Numbered from the stretch's first letter, positions 52,633 to 62,888 are shown. The stretch is 64,000 nt of DNA from Candidatus Latescibacterota bacterium (GCA_965217585.1 OZ244561.1:3616001-3680000), one strand, 5' to 3'. Made by a program: numbers and translations. The notes: generated from the letters alone by a model not told the origin.

Positions 52633-54879
52633 ATGGCCAAGAGAAGACCGACGGAAAAGACGCCGTGCCCACGCTCGGCTCCATCAAAGCCCACGCGGCA
52701 GGAGCGCAGGCAGGCAGTCCGCAACGACGCAAGAGTCAGGCGAACGGTTGATACCGCATCGCCCCTAATGGCGGCGACATCCTACTCGCGGCAGGACGCG
52801 CTGGCTCTTGTCGCGCTCGGCCTGCTGGTGATCGTCAGCTATCTGCCGGCGATGCTGTGGGGTGGCTTCGTCTGGGACGATAGCATACTCACCGACGCCA
52901 AGCCAGTGCGGGACGTATCGGGTCTGTGGCAAATCTGGTTCTCCCCCAGCGACATTGAAGGAGAGGGGCATTATTGGCCGTTGGTCTATACGACCTTTTG
53001 GTTGGAGCACAAGCTGTGGGGGTTTGACCCGAGGGGCTATCACATCGTCAACGTGCTGCTGCACCTAGGAAATACGCTGCTGGTGTGGCATCTGGTGAGG
53101 CGGTTGGCGGTGCCCGGCGCGTGGGTAGTGGCCGCGGTGTTTGCCGTGCATCCGCTGCATGTGGAGTCGGTCGCTTGGGTCATCGAGCGCAAGGATGTGC
53201 TTTCGGGCTTGTTCTATCTTGCATCGGCGTTGGTGTGGATGCGCTTTGTGGAACAGCCACGTCGAGGGCCGTATGCGTGGGCGCTGACGTTATATGCAGC
53301 CGCTCTACTGAGTAAGTCCATTGCGATTACGCTGCCGGTGGCACTTTTGATCTGGCATTGGTGGAACCAGGGCCGGGTGACCTCAACCGACCTGTTGCGG
53401 CTGGTGCCTTTCTTCATGGTAGGGTTAGCCATCACGGTCGGTGACTTGTTGTTCTACTGGTCTGTGCCAGCGGTGCCTCTCGACTACTCATTAACGGAAC
53501 GGACGCTCATCGCCGCCCACGCCCTGTGGTTTTATACAGGTAAACTGCTGTGGCCATCCGGCTTAGCCGTCATCTACCCGCTTTGGGACATCCGCGTCGC
53601 CGACCTGCTGACTTGGGGGTATCTCATCGCCGCCGTCGCGCTGGCGCTGGTCCTCTGGCACTTCCGGCCACAGCTTGGGCGCGGACCGCTGGCCGGGGCG
53701 TTGTTTTTTGCGGTTACGTTGTCGCCGGTTTTGGGCTTTGTCGATTACGGCTATATGCAGTATGCTTTCGTCGCCGACCGCTTTCAGTATCTGGCTGGCA
53801 TCGGGGTTATAGCCGTCGTTATCGGCTCGGCCACGTATGGCGTGCGTCGCCTGTCGGACTTGTGGCACAAGGGCGCATGGGTCATTGCGGCGGTGGTTAT
53901 TGTTGTGCTGGGGTTGCTGACTTGGCGGCAGGCAAGCGTATATCGGGACGACGAACCCCTTAATCGCCACATCATCGCGCTCAACCCGCAGGCACGGAGT
54001 GCCCATCTTAACTTAGGCGCAGCCCTGTACAAGCAGGGCCGGTACGCGGAAGCTCTCGACGTAACCCGCGTCGAGGTGGATCAACGCCCGGATTCCTTTA
54101 AGACCCATGTCCTCCTCGGCGCGATTCTCAATGTGCTAGGACGTTTTGAGGAAGCCGAGACCCACTTGCGCCGTGCTATCGCACTCAACCCGCAGGCACG
54201 GGAAGCCCACTTCAGCTTAGGCGCAGCCCTGTACAAGCAAGGACGGTATGCGGAAGCCCTCGACGTAACCCGCGTCGCGATAGAACAAGACCCGGATTCC
54301 TTTAATGCCCATTTTAACCTCGGCGCGATTCTCGATGCGCAGGGACGTTTTGAGGAAGCCGAAACCCACTTGCGCCGCGCCATCGCACTCAACCCGCAAG
54401 ATGTGGACGCTTTCCGGAAATTGATCGAAGTATTCACGCCACAGGGACGCTACAAAGAAGCGATTGACCTCATAGCGCAGACAGCGGCGTTGGACTTGGC
54501 CTCGCCACAGGCAGCCGAGTTGCATTTCCTCATAGGGCAGACAGCACAGGAAAACGGGCAACTCGGGGCTGCGGCGGAATACTACATGCGCACCTTTGAG
54601 ATAGACTCACATCATACGAAGGCTATTCGTAGGCTAGCCCATCTGAGGTCAGAGCAGCAGCACTACGACGAGGTGCTGGAACTTTTGCAGCGCCTTATCG
54701 ACATTGATCCGAGCGACGCAGTGGCCCATGACAATATGGGCGTTGCCCTCTTCTACTTGGGCAGAAACGACGAGGCACTGAAAAGTTTCGACCGAGCGCT
54801 CTCTTTGGATTCGACTCTGGAAAACGCGCGTGCCAATCGCGAAGCTCTACTGGAGGCGATGGAAGGAAATCGTCAGTGA
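52633..54879 (+). CDS. TMTC-like GT-C membrane protein with C-terminal TPRs
   Basis: FVWDD, Y.PL, YHIVNVLLH, FAVHPLHVESVAW, SK, ADRFQY, followed by TPR repeats. Confidence 0.82.
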   Translation: MAKRRPTEKTPCPRSAPSKPTRQERRQAVRNDARVRRTVDTASPLMAATSYSRQDALALVALGLLVIVSYLPAMLWGGFVWDDSILTDAKPVRDVSGLWQIWFSPSDIEGEGHYWPLVYTTFWLEHKLWGFDPRGYHIVNVLLHLGNTLLVWHLVRRLAVPGAWVVAAVFAVHPLHVESVAWVIERKDVLSGLFYLASALVWMRFVEQPRRGPYAWALTLYAAALLSKSIAITLPVALLIWHWWNQGRVTSTDLLRLVPFFMVGLAITVGDLLFYWSVPAVPLDYSLTERTLIAAHALWFYTGKLLWPSGLAVIYPLWDIRVADLLTWGYLIAAVALALVLWHFRPQLGRGPLAGALFFAVTLSPVLGFVDYGYMQYAFVADRFQYLAGIGVIAVVIGSATYGVRRLSDLWHKGAWVIAAVVIVVLGLLTWRQASVYRDDEPLNRHIIALNPQARSAHLNLGAALYKQGRYAEALDVTRVEVDQRPDSFKTHVLLGAILNVLGRFEEAETHLRRAIALNPQAREAHFSLGAALYKQGRYAEALDVTRVAIEQDPDSFNAHFNLGAILDAQGRFEEAETHLRRAIALNPQDVDAFRKLIEVFTPQGRYKEAIDLIAQTAALDLASPQAAELHFLIGQTAQENGQLGAAAEYYMRTFEIDSHHTKAIRRLAHLRSEQQHYDEVLELLQRLIDIDPSDAVAHDNMGVALFYLGRNDEALKSFDRALSLDSTLENARANREALLEAMEGNRQ
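53977..54399 (+). repeat. recent ~204-bp internal duplication (a TPR pair)
   Basis: ALNPQAR..LGAALYKQGRYAEALDVTRV...GRFEEAETHLRRAIALNPQ repeated with high DNA identity. Confidence 0.8.
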
Positions 54880-54901
54880 CGGGCCGGTCGCCAGCTACTT
54901 C

Positions 54902-55780
54902 TCAAGGAATGCCCAGCTCCCGCCGGTACACCTCGTCTGCATTGGCCTGCAACTGCCAGTAGGGCACCCGGATCGTCCGCATCAATTCGCCGCGCCCCCC
55001 ATCGCCGTCCTCCCAGCGCAGAATCCGATGCGGATAGGCTTTTTCCGTCCACAATGTCCGCTGCCGCTGGCCAATGTGCAGCTCCCACCGCACACTGGCC
55101 AGCGCGCCAGTAGCCGTCTCGACCTGCTCCTCGGCGACCTTGTGGATCCGCCCGGCCACGGTCGCATGGGGCTGATGCGCCTGCCGAAGCTGCCAAAAGC
55201 TCGGCAGCACCTCTACCTCCCGCATCTCGCCTAGATCCATAAACGGCCCTTGCAACTCCCGGATGCGGATCAGCAGATGATCCTCGCTGGCGAAGTGCGC
55301 TGGCTGCTTTAGCTGATAGGCTCCCCGGCCCTCGCTGGCAAAATAGCTGCTGATGTGCCCGTTGATCTGCCCGTTGCGGAACAGGGCCTCGTCAAAGACG
55401 TGCCCGCACCACTCTTGCGCGCTGAACGAGATGCGCCGCAGCGCAAAGGGATGCTGCCCGCCCGCCAATTCGCTGAAAACCGAAGTCATTACCGAATAGT
55501 CGTATATCCCGGTCGTAAACTGGAGGATGTGATTGAGTTTGAGCGCGTAGAATTGGTCGGCCTCCGGCGTTGGCGAATCGACCTTGATAAAGGTCTGCCG
55601 GTGCAGGCTCTCGGTCACGAAAATCATCACCCCGTACCCCTGCCGCAGCTCGCCGTAGCGCGGCTGAACCACCTCGTAGCTAGAGAGCTCGGCCTTCCCA
55701 TCGGCCCAATGCGCGTAAAAATCCACTGCCCCCACTTGGGCCGCGCCGAGCAACATCGCCCCTATAATCCATTTTGTCAT
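54902..55780 (-). CDS. conserved secreted hypothetical protein
   Basis: Signal peptide; W.DGKAELSSY....RYGE.R.G...IFVTE and SAQEWCGH pattern recalled from FCB-group proteins. Confidence 0.7.
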   Translation of the reverse strand: MTKWIIGAMLLGAAQVGAVDFYAHWADGKAELSSYEVVQPRYGELRQGYGVMIFVTESLHRQTFIKVDSPTPEADQFYALKLNHILQFTTGIYDYSVMTSVFSELAGGQHPFALRRISFSAQEWCGHVFDEALFRNGQINGHISSYFASEGRGAYQLKQPAHFASEDHLLIRIRELQGPFMDLGEMREVEVLPSFWQLRQAHQPHATVAGRIHKVAEEQVETATGALASVRWELHIGQRQRTLWTEKAYPHRILRWEDGDGGRGELMRTIRVPYWQLQANADEVYRRELGIP

Positions 55781-56090
55781 GGTATCCCTGCTTTCTGTAA
55801 AATCGCATTTTGTAGATCGAACTTAAGATGAGCAACGCCTCATCGCTTGTCGAATACGTGACCGGGAAAGAACGCGCTATCACCTGTCACGCTGAGCGAA
55901 GTCGCTTCACCTCGACTGTCCTGCCTACTTCACCGCGCCTTTAGGCGTGAACAGCATCTCTACCAGAAGCCCGGGCGCAACATCAGTTATTTTAGCCTGT
56001 CAACATTTTTTTACAATCTTATAAAAAAACACATTGACGTACCGCTCTCCGATTGACTATCTTTACAGAAGTTTGGCATACAGAACAGCC

Positions 56091-56105
56091 TATTGGCAGC
56101 CTAAA
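56091..56105. promoter_or_regulatory. putative DtxR/MntR-family operator upstream of feoAB
   Basis: TATTGGCAGCCTAAA is two mismatches from the palindrome TTTAGGCnGCCTAAA; lies downstream of TTGACG-N18-TATCTT (56034-56063). Confidence 0.45.
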
Positions 56106-56159
56106 CAATTTATTCCTGTTGCCAATCTGATTTCCGTCCAATCTAGCCGGAGCTATCGC

Positions 56160-56408
56160 GTGGAACCTAGCAAGCCCTGCACATCAGCCTCCCCGCTCGA
56201 CTTGTCACAGTTGCCTCGGCACGGCGAAGCCGTCGTCGCCGGGATCTCGGCTCCCGCGCGCTTGGCCGCCCGCCTGCGCGAATTGGGCTTTTTGCCCGGC
56301 GAACACTTGCGCGTGTTGCGCTCCGGGACCGCGCTCATCGTCCAGATAGGACAGACCCGCCTCGCGCTCCGGCGTCGGGATGCTGCCGCCATCCGCCTAG
56401 TCCCCTAG
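56160..56408 (+). CDS. feoA: ferrous iron transport protein A
   Basis: RLRELGFLPG..LRVLR....IV.IG.TRLALR; directly upstream of feoB. Confidence 0.9.
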   Translation: MEPSKPCTSASPLDLSQLPRHGEAVVAGISAPARLAARLRELGFLPGEHLRVLRSGTALIVQIGQTRLALRRRDAAAIRLVP

Positions 56409-56432
56409 TTTTTCCTACTCAGCAGACTCTCT

Positions 56433-58565
56433 GTGCGGACCCTCGCACTTATCGGTAATCCCAACACGGGCAAGACCACGCTTTTTAATGCCCTAACCGG
56501 CCTTTCGCAGCACGCCGGCAACTACCCGGGCGTCACTGTGGAACACAAGGTGGGGACCCTGGCGCTGGATGGGGGAGATGCGCTAGACCTGATTGACCTG
56601 CCCGGCGCCTATAGCCTCGCTGCTCATTCGCCCGACGAGATGCTGGCCATTGACGTGCTCTTAGGTCAACAGCAAGATGCGCCGCCCATAGATGGCATCT
56701 TGGCGGTCGTCGATGCCAGCAATCTGCGGCGCAACCTCTACTTGGTTTCCCAGCTCGCGGAAATAGATGTGCCCTTGGTCGTGGCCCTCAATATGGGGGA
56801 CATAGCAATCCGGCGGGGCATTCACATCGACGCCAGTGCCTTGTCTGAAGCGCTCGGCGTGCCGGTGGTACCCATCTGCGCTCACCGTCGGCAGGGGCTG
56901 GACGAGCTGCGGTGCACTTTGGCGGCTTTGAGCGCGGATCCAGCGCCCGCGCGGTCGCAGCGGCTGGAGCTGCCCGACCAGCTCCAGCGCGCCACCGCCG
57001 AGTTGCAAGCCGCGGTCTCCGGGCCGCTCTCCCCAGTAGAGGCCCTGCGCGCCTTAGTCGATGAAGACGGCTATGCCGAGCACCGCCTGTTGGCGTCCGT
57101 TGGTGATGGCATCGTTGCCCGCTTGCACGGCCTGCGCACGGCCGGCGCGGATTCTCTGTCCGAGCTAGAAAGCAACGCCCGCTATGCTTGGATCGACGGC
57201 CTGCTCGCGCGGGCGATTTCCCAGCCCGGTCGCTTAGAGGGCCGCCGCTCGGATCGGGCCGACCGCATTCTCGCGCACCGCCTCTTCGGCGTGGCAATTT
57301 TTGTACTGGTCAATGTCTTGGTCTTCGAAGCCATTTACACTTGGTCGGGGCCGCTGATGGATGGGGTTGACGTGCTCTTTGCCGCCTGCAGCACCCGCGC
57401 CGCGGCGCTCATTCCCCCCGGCCCCCTGCAAAGCCTCGTCGTCGATGGCCTCATCGCCGGCGTCGGCGGCGTGCTCATCTTCCTGCCGCAGATCGCCATC
57501 TTGTTCTTTTTTATTGCCCTGCTCGAAGACAGCGGCTACATGGCCCGGGCCGCGCTGTTGATGGATCGGCTGCTGACCCGCGTGGGGCTTTCCGGCACGG
57601 CCTTCATTCCCCTGCTGTCCAGCTTTGCCTGCGCCGTCCCGGGGATCATGGCCGCCCGCACCATTGAAGACCGGCGCGACCGCTTTGCCACCATCTTGGT
57701 CGCGCCGCTGATGAGCTGTTCGGCGCGCCTGCCGGTGTACGTGCTCTTCATCGGGGCCTTTGTCCCAGACCACTCGCTGTTGGGTGGGATCATCGGCTTG
57801 CAGGCTCTGACTCTGCTCGCCTTCTATTGCCTCGGCGCGCTCGTCGCCATCCCGGTGGCTTGGTTGCTCAAGCGGACCTTGCTTAGCGGCGATCCCCCGC
57901 CCTTTCTGCTGGAATTGCCTTCCTACAAGACGCCCGATCTACGCACGGTGCTGCTGCGAGTGTACCACAGTAGTCGGGCCTTTGTCGTCCGCGCTGGCAG
58001 CCTCATCTTGGCGACGACTATTGCGATGTGGGCGCTGGCGTACTTCCCGCGCCCGGCAGCCGTGGTCGAGCGCCACCAAGTTGAGCGCCAAGCGATTGCG
58101 CCCGCAGCTCTCGACGCCTTGGAAAAGCGCCAGGCGGCCGAGCTGGTAGAAAACAGCTATCTCGGCCAAGCCGGGCACTGGGTCGCGCCGGCCGTGCGTC
58201 CTTTGGGATGGGACTGGCGCATCGGCATGGCGGTTATCGCCTCTTTCCCGGCCCGCGAAGTCATCATCGCGGCCTTGGGCACCATCTACAGCCTCGGCGC
58301 GGGCGAGGACGAAGGCTCCGAGAGCCTGCGCACGACCTTGGCCTCCGTTACTTGGCCGGATGGCCGCCCGATTTACACCCTGCCGGTGGCGCTGTCGATC
58401 ATGGTCTTCTTCGCCCTCTGCGCCCAGTGTCTCTCGACCTTGGTCGTCATCCAAAAAGAGACCGGCTCCTATCGCTGGTCTCTGCTCAGCTTTGGCTATA
58501 TGACGACCCTTGCTTATGTCGGTGCGCTGGCGACCTACCAAGTCGGCACGGCCTTGGGTTTTTGA
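56433..58565 (+). CDS. feoB: ferrous iron transport protein B
   Basis: GNPNTGKTT, GNYPGVTVE, DLPG, LLEDSGYMAR, SCSARLPVY, ELPSY. Confidence 0.96.
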   Translation: MRTLALIGNPNTGKTTLFNALTGLSQHAGNYPGVTVEHKVGTLALDGGDALDLIDLPGAYSLAAHSPDEMLAIDVLLGQQQDAPPIDGILAVVDASNLRRNLYLVSQLAEIDVPLVVALNMGDIAIRRGIHIDASALSEALGVPVVPICAHRRQGLDELRCTLAALSADPAPARSQRLELPDQLQRATAELQAAVSGPLSPVEALRALVDEDGYAEHRLLASVGDGIVARLHGLRTAGADSLSELESNARYAWIDGLLARAISQPGRLEGRRSDRADRILAHRLFGVAIFVLVNVLVFEAIYTWSGPLMDGVDVLFAACSTRAAALIPPGPLQSLVVDGLIAGVGGVLIFLPQIAILFFFIALLEDSGYMARAALLMDRLLTRVGLSGTAFIPLLSSFACAVPGIMAARTIEDRRDRFATILVAPLMSCSARLPVYVLFIGAFVPDHSLLGGIIGLQALTLLAFYCLGALVAIPVAWLLKRTLLSGDPPPFLLELPSYKTPDLRTVLLRVYHSSRAFVVRAGSLILATTIAMWALAYFPRPAAVVERHQVERQAIAPAALDALEKRQAAELVENSYLGQAGHWVAPAVRPLGWDWRIGMAVIASFPAREVIIAALGTIYSLGAGEDEGSESLRTTLASVTWPDGRPIYTLPVALSIMVFFALCAQCLSTLVVIQKETGSYRWSLLSFGYMTTLAYVGALATYQVGTALGF

Positions 58566-58566
58566 A

Positions 58567-58704
58567 ATGGACTGGCAAACGCCGGTGGCCGTCGCTGTTG
58601 CCGCGCTCGCTGGAGCGTACGTGCTGTGGCGTTTGGCGCGGCCTTTTTTCCAAGACAAGTCCCACCGCGACGAACCTTTGCAGATAGGGAACTCGGACGA
58701 CTAG
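58567..58704 (+). CDS. small FeoB-associated membrane protein
   Basis: MDWQTPVAVAVAALAGAYVLWRL: one TM helix, starts right after the feoB stop. Confidence 0.6.
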   Translation: MDWQTPVAVAVAALAGAYVLWRLARPFFQDKSHRDEPLQIGNSDD

Positions 58705-58713
58705 ATATTGCTC

Positions 58714-58741
58714 TGTCATTCTGAGCGGAGTCGAAAAATCT
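58714..58741. repeat. short intergenic repeat (GTCATTCTGAGCG..GTCGAA type)
   Basis: TGTCATTCTGAGCGGAGTCGAAAAATCT; related TGTCACGCTGAGCGAAGTCG near 55885. Confidence 0.45.
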
Positions 58742-58844
58742 GTTACTGGCAAGGCCGTGTAGGTAGGAGATGCATCGGCGTTCATCGGCCGATAATCATA
58801 TAAATGGTGGCGGGGGCTATATGTCCGCTGGTGCTTGTGGAGGA

Positions 58845-59927
58845 TTACCCCGCTCGCCGCAAAAACCGCTTGCCCGCGAGCTGATCCACCAGCCCGTCGA
58901 GTTCCAACCTCAGCAGCACGTCGAGCAGGGTCGCGGGCGGCAGGGCGCTGTCTTGGGCAAGTTCGTCGATGTGCCGGGGTTGGCGCGAGAGCAGGGCATA
59001 GACGCTCTCTTCCTCCGGGGGAAGAGCGGGCGCGGGCACGGGCGCGTTTTGCGGGCGCGGGCACGCCCACATGGCCAATTCCTCTAGCACGTCCTCCACG
59101 CCTTCGACCAGCTTCGCCCCGTCTTTGATTAGCTGGTGACAGCCCGCGTTGCGGCCCGAGCGCACGTCCCCGGGCACGGCGAAGACCTCGCGGTTTTGAT
59201 CCAGTGCGTGTTGGACCGTAATCAGTGCTCCGCTCTTTTGCGGGGCCTCGACTATGACCACCCCCAAGCTCAGCCCGCTGATGATGCGGTTGCGGCGCGG
59301 GAAGGCTCCCCGCTCCGGCTGCGCCCCCCAAGCGAACTCGGAGACGAGGGCACCACGCTCACGGATTTGGCGGTAGAGCTGGGTGTGGGCGCGGGGATAG
59401 GGCACATCGGCCCCGCAGCCCAACACGGCGATGGTGCGCCCGCCCGCCGCGAGCGCGGCCGCGTGGGCAGCCGCGTCGATGCCGAAAGCCATGCCGCTGA
59501 CGATGCAGATGCCTTGCGCTACTAGGCCGCGGGCTAGCTCACCGACGATCAGCTTGCCGCCATCCGATGCCTTGCGCGAGCCGACGATGGCCACGGTAGG
59601 AGGGGCCAAGTCGTCTGGCCCCAGTGCAAACAGCACGGGGGGCGGCGCGGCGATTTGGCCCAGTAGTTGGGGATAGTCCGCATCCCCCGGGGCTAGGCAA
59701 CGCCCGCCGGCCGCGCAGAGCCGTTGCCACTGCTCGGCGGCCCAAGTGAAGTCGGCCTGAGTGGGACGCTGCTCGGGCGCGTTGGCCCCCACGGCCGCAG
59801 TCCAATTTGTCGCGGCGAGGGCTTCTTGCGCTGAACCAAAATGGTCGAGCAAGCGCCGCACGCGCCCGAGCCGTTCGGCTTGGCTCAGCGCGAGGAGCGC
59901 CTGCACTTCGCGTCGGGACTCAGGCAT
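58845..59927 (-). CDS. dprA: DNA-processing protein
   Basis: AIVGSR, VSGMAFGID, FPRRNRIISG, SGALIT, REVFAVPG, C-terminal winged helix. Confidence 0.95.
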   Translation of the reverse strand: MPESRREVQALLALSQAERLGRVRRLLDHFGSAQEALAATNWTAAVGANAPEQRPTQADFTWAAEQWQRLCAAGGRCLAPGDADYPQLLGQIAAPPPVLFALGPDDLAPPTVAIVGSRKASDGGKLIVGELARGLVAQGICIVSGMAFGIDAAAHAAALAAGGRTIAVLGCGADVPYPRAHTQLYRQIRERGALVSEFAWGAQPERGAFPRRNRIISGLSLGVVIVEAPQKSGALITVQHALDQNREVFAVPGDVRSGRNAGCHQLIKDGAKLVEGVEDVLEELAMWACPRPQNAPVPAPALPPEEESVYALLSRQPRHIDELAQDSALPPATLLDVLLRLELDGLVDQLAGKRFLRRAG

Positions 59928-60414
59928 TTTGGAATTTCTCCCGCAAACGTCGCTCGATACAAGGCGGCACGAACTGGCTCACCTGTCCGCCCATTTGCGC
60001 CACTTGGCGCACGACCGACGAACTGAGATACATGTACTCGGCCTTGGTCATTAGAAAGACCGTGTCGAACTCTGGCCACAGCGAGCGATTGGTCAAGGCC
60101 ATGGCAAACTCGTTTTCGAAGTCGGTCACCGCCCGCAGGCCCCGCACGGCCGTGCGTATGTTGTGCTGCCGCGCATAGTCAACGGTCAAGCCGTTGTGGA
60201 AATCGACCTTGGCTTGGGGCCAATGGCTAATGGCCTCGGAGATCATCGCCCGACTCTCCTCCAGCGAAAAGAGCGGCTCTTTGTTGGGATTGATCGCCAC
60301 CAGCAGGGTGACTTGGGAGAAAATGCCCAAGGCCCGCTCTAAAATGTTTAGGTGGCCAAAGGTGATGGGGTCGAAGCTGCCGGGATAGATGGCCGCGTCT
60401 GCAAAGCCGTTCAT
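59920..60414 (-). CDS. coaD: phosphopantetheine adenylyltransferase
   Basis: YPGSFDPITFGH, RGLRAVTDFE, YLSSS. Confidence 0.96.
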   Translation of the reverse strand: MNGFADAAIYPGSFDPITFGHLNILERALGIFSQVTLLVAINPNKEPLFSLEESRAMISEAISHWPQAKVDFHNGLTVDYARQHNIRTAVRGLRAVTDFENEFAMALTNRSLWPEFDTVFLMTKAEYMYLSSSVVRQVAQMGGQVSQFVPPCIERRLREKFQNA

Positions 60415-61577
60415 CAGGGTGCACCTACGACGATGTCCACGGCTGCGTAGAGCCGCGCTCTGACCCAGCCGCGCTCGTCGCTTTTGACGGGCACGAGCAA
60501 AACCTCGCCGAGGGTTGCGACCGCCTCGGCCTGTTGAAACTGGTGCAAGAAGGCACCGATCTGCTGAGGGGACCCAATTCCCCACAATTTTTGCCGCTGG
60601 TGAGTGCCTGCCGACGACAAGGGCCTATGGATAGGCTCGTGGATCGACAGGCTGTCTAGGCCGCTCGCATCGGCCCAGTGGGCCACCTTGCCGAAGAATT
60701 GCTCCGCTTGGTCAGACGAGAGGGCAGCCAATGGAGGAGTGTCCCGCTCGGTAAAGCGGCCTTGGAATGCAAAGAGCAGAGCGCGCTCCTCCGGCCAAAC
60801 CGAAAACGAAACCCGCGATGGCAACCCCTGCAAGCCAAGCCTAAAGGTGCGCAGTGCTTTGTACGAGGGGGTGGTTCCCTCCAGCCGATACTCCCCGGTC
60901 GAGTTGCAATTCAGCGAAGCCACGCGAATCCCGGCGGGAACCTGTTCGTTGATCCGCATGATTTGGTGGCAGGCCGTGCTGCGCTGGGGTGAGGGGGCTT
61001 GAGGCGTCGTCGGGGCCGGTGTGGCGGGACGGGGTGCGTCTTCTCGTTGGACGACGGGATTTGGTGCGATCTCTTGCACGGGACTCAGCGTGGCCTCTTG
61101 TTGCGCCACGAGACTTGGGTTGGCCTCTTGCACGGGGCTCGGCGTGGCCTCTTGCTGCGCCGCAGAACTGAGGGCGACTTCTTGTTGTGCCACAGGGCTA
61201 GATGCGGTCTTTCGCGGTGCCACGGGCTTGGGTTCGATCTCTTGCTGCACTACGGTACTTGGGATAGCCTCTTGCTGTGCCACAGAACTATGGGTGGCCT
61301 CTTGTTGCACCACGGGGCTAGGGTTGGTCTCTTGCCGCTCCACAGGCTTGGGAGCAATCTCTTGTTCTACGGGACTTGGGGTGGCCTCTTGCACTGAGCT
61401 TGGCGTGGTTTTTTGCTGCGCCACGAGAATGAGGGCGTAACCCGTGTTGAAAAGCGACCCCACCAGTGCAGGAAAGAACTGGTGGATCCCGTATAGTCCC
61501 CCACAGACGACTAAGGCCGAAAGCAAGGCTTTTGACCAAGGTGACCGCCGCCGACCGAGGAGCTCGACGCGGATCAT
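60414..61577 (-). CDS. PilN-like membrane protein with Gln/Pro/Ser-rich repeat stalk
   Basis: MIRVELL N-terminus, TM helix, repeats, then VPAGIRVASL..LEG PilN-like region; follows the PilM-like gene. Confidence 0.5.
   Translation of the reverse strand: MIRVELLGRRRSPWSKALLSALVVCGGLYGIHQFFPALVGSLFNTGYALILVAQQKTTPSSVQEATPSPVEQEIAPKPVERQETNPSPVVQQEATHSSVAQQEAIPSTVVQQEIEPKPVAPRKTASSPVAQQEVALSSAAQQEATPSPVQEANPSLVAQQEATLSPVQEIAPNPVVQREDAPRPATPAPTTPQAPSPQRSTACHQIMRINEQVPAGIRVASLNCNSTGEYRLEGTTPSYKALRTFRLGLQGLPSRVSFSVWPEERALLFAFQGRFTERDTPPLAALSSDQAEQFFGKVAHWADASGLDSLSIHEPIHRPLSSAGTHQRQKLWGIGSPQQIGAFLHQFQQAEAVATLGEVLLVPVKSDERGWVRARLYAAVDIVVGAP
61045..61420 (-). repeat. degenerate 33-39 bp coding tandem repeat (~10 copies)
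   Basis: Encodes (Q)QEATPSPV(A)/QEIAPKPV units. Confidence 0.85.
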
Positions 61578-62467
61578 TGCGTTAATCCCCGCTGAGCCAG
61601 CCCGACGGCAATGGCATACGCGGACCGCTGCGCGGGCGTGGCGCTGCCGAGCAGCTTGGGATTGACCGCGGCGAGTGGATCGAGGATTGAATGCGGTACC
61701 CCCAAATGCACGGCCAAGCCCTCGCTCCAATACACGACGCCGGCACCCCAAAGGTGCTGGAGGCCGCTGCTGAGCGAGGGCAGCAGCTTGCGCGCTGCGC
61801 CTTCTAAGGCTTCGGTCGCGTCGTCCTCCGCCTCCCAGATGCAATTGGCCAGCGCGGACAGCTCGCCTTCCTCTATGAGCAGGAGCCAACCCTCGCCCAC
61901 ATCTGCATAGAGCAGGAGCGAGAACTTATCTTTGGCGAGCAAATTGGCGCATTCGCTGGCGTTGTACAGGGCAAAAGGCACTAGATCCACGTCGAGTCGA
62001 CCAACCGCCGTCTCCTTGCCTAAGGCGCGGTAGCAGTCGAGGGCGCGGTGGCGCGCCGACACCACAAAACCCCACTGCGAGGTCAGCGCAAAATCGCAGC
62101 TAAACGCCCTCGCTTCTCCGGCCAAGATCTGCTCGGCTTCCCACAGGAGTTGTTCGCAGTTTTCGTGCATAGTCCCCGCCACGAGGGGCCGGCGCTGAAT
62201 GAGGCCCAAGCGTCGGTCCAGCGAGAAACAGGCGTTGCTGTAGTCAAAGTCGTACGTCGCCGCGAGCGCGACCAACTTGGTGGCTAGCTCTTGCCGCTGT
62301 TGCTCGTCGCTCAGGGCCATCGGATCGAAGGGCCGCTCCAACTCGTCGGATGCCAAGACCAGCGGTCGGATGCCGGCGCGGCCAGCGTCTAGGGCGGCGA
62401 CGCGCACGGTCTGACCGCTGATGTGGATCCCGGTGGCCTTTGTCCTGCCAAATCCAAACAATCCCAA
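61574..62467 (-). CDS. PilM-like protein (degenerate actin-like fold)
   Basis: FGFGRTKATGIHISGQTVRVA N-terminus, VDLVPFAL.N, YAIAVGLA.R C-terminus; start uncertain. Confidence 0.6.
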   Translation of the reverse strand: MGLFGFGRTKATGIHISGQTVRVAALDAGRAGIRPLVLASDELERPFDPMALSDEQQRQELATKLVALAATYDFDYSNACFSLDRRLGLIQRRPLVAGTMHENCEQLLWEAEQILAGEARAFSCDFALTSQWGFVVSARHRALDCYRALGKETAVGRLDVDLVPFALYNASECANLLAKDKFSLLLYADVGEGWLLLIEEGELSALANCIWEAEDDATEALEGAARKLLPSLSSGLQHLWGAGVVYWSEGLAVHLGVPHSILDPLAAVNPKLLGSATPAQRSAYAIAVGLAQRGLTQ

Positions 62468-62490
62468 CCCCTTCTCCTGCAAAATGGCCT

Positions 62491-62883
62491 CTACTCCACT
62501 GTGAGCAAAGGACGGAGCTTTTCTAGCGTCTTCGCGCCGATGCCATTGACTTCGGTTAGTTGCTCTAGCCGTTTGAACGGACCGCGCTCGCGGCGGAAGG
62601 CGACGATCCGCTTGGCGATCTTGGGGCCGATTGCCGGCAGCGCGACTAACTCGGCGACCGTAGCCGAATTGAGCGCGAGCGGACCCTGCTTGGTTGCTTC
62701 CACTTCGCGCGGTGGCGGCGGAGCCACCGCGCGCGGTACGACGCTGAATTCCTCTGAATGCGATGGGCGATACCAATCGCTTACGGCGACGAGCATCCCT
62801 ATGAGCAGGGCTGCCGTCAGGCCGATGAGAGCGCGTTGCTCGCGTCGATTAAACAAAATATCTCCCGCAGCCGCGCCGAGCAA
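62491..62883 (-). CDS. comEA: competence DNA receptor with HhH motifs
   Basis: LNSATVAELVALPAIGPKIAKRIV..R...GPF...QL..VNGIG.KT. Confidence 0.9.
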   Translation of the reverse strand: MLGAAAGDILFNRREQRALIGLTAALLIGMLVAVSDWYRPSHSEEFSVVPRAVAPPPPREVEATKQGPLALNSATVAELVALPAIGPKIAKRIVAFRRERGPFKRLEQLTEVNGIGAKTLEKLRPLLTVE

Positions 62884-62888
62884 TATGT

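Noticed and set aside
55790-56030. Riboswitch or ncRNA in the intergenic region before feoA
   Set aside because: No Rfam-like motif recognisable by eye; only a 38-codon ORF and a repeat fragment. A cmscan run would be needed.
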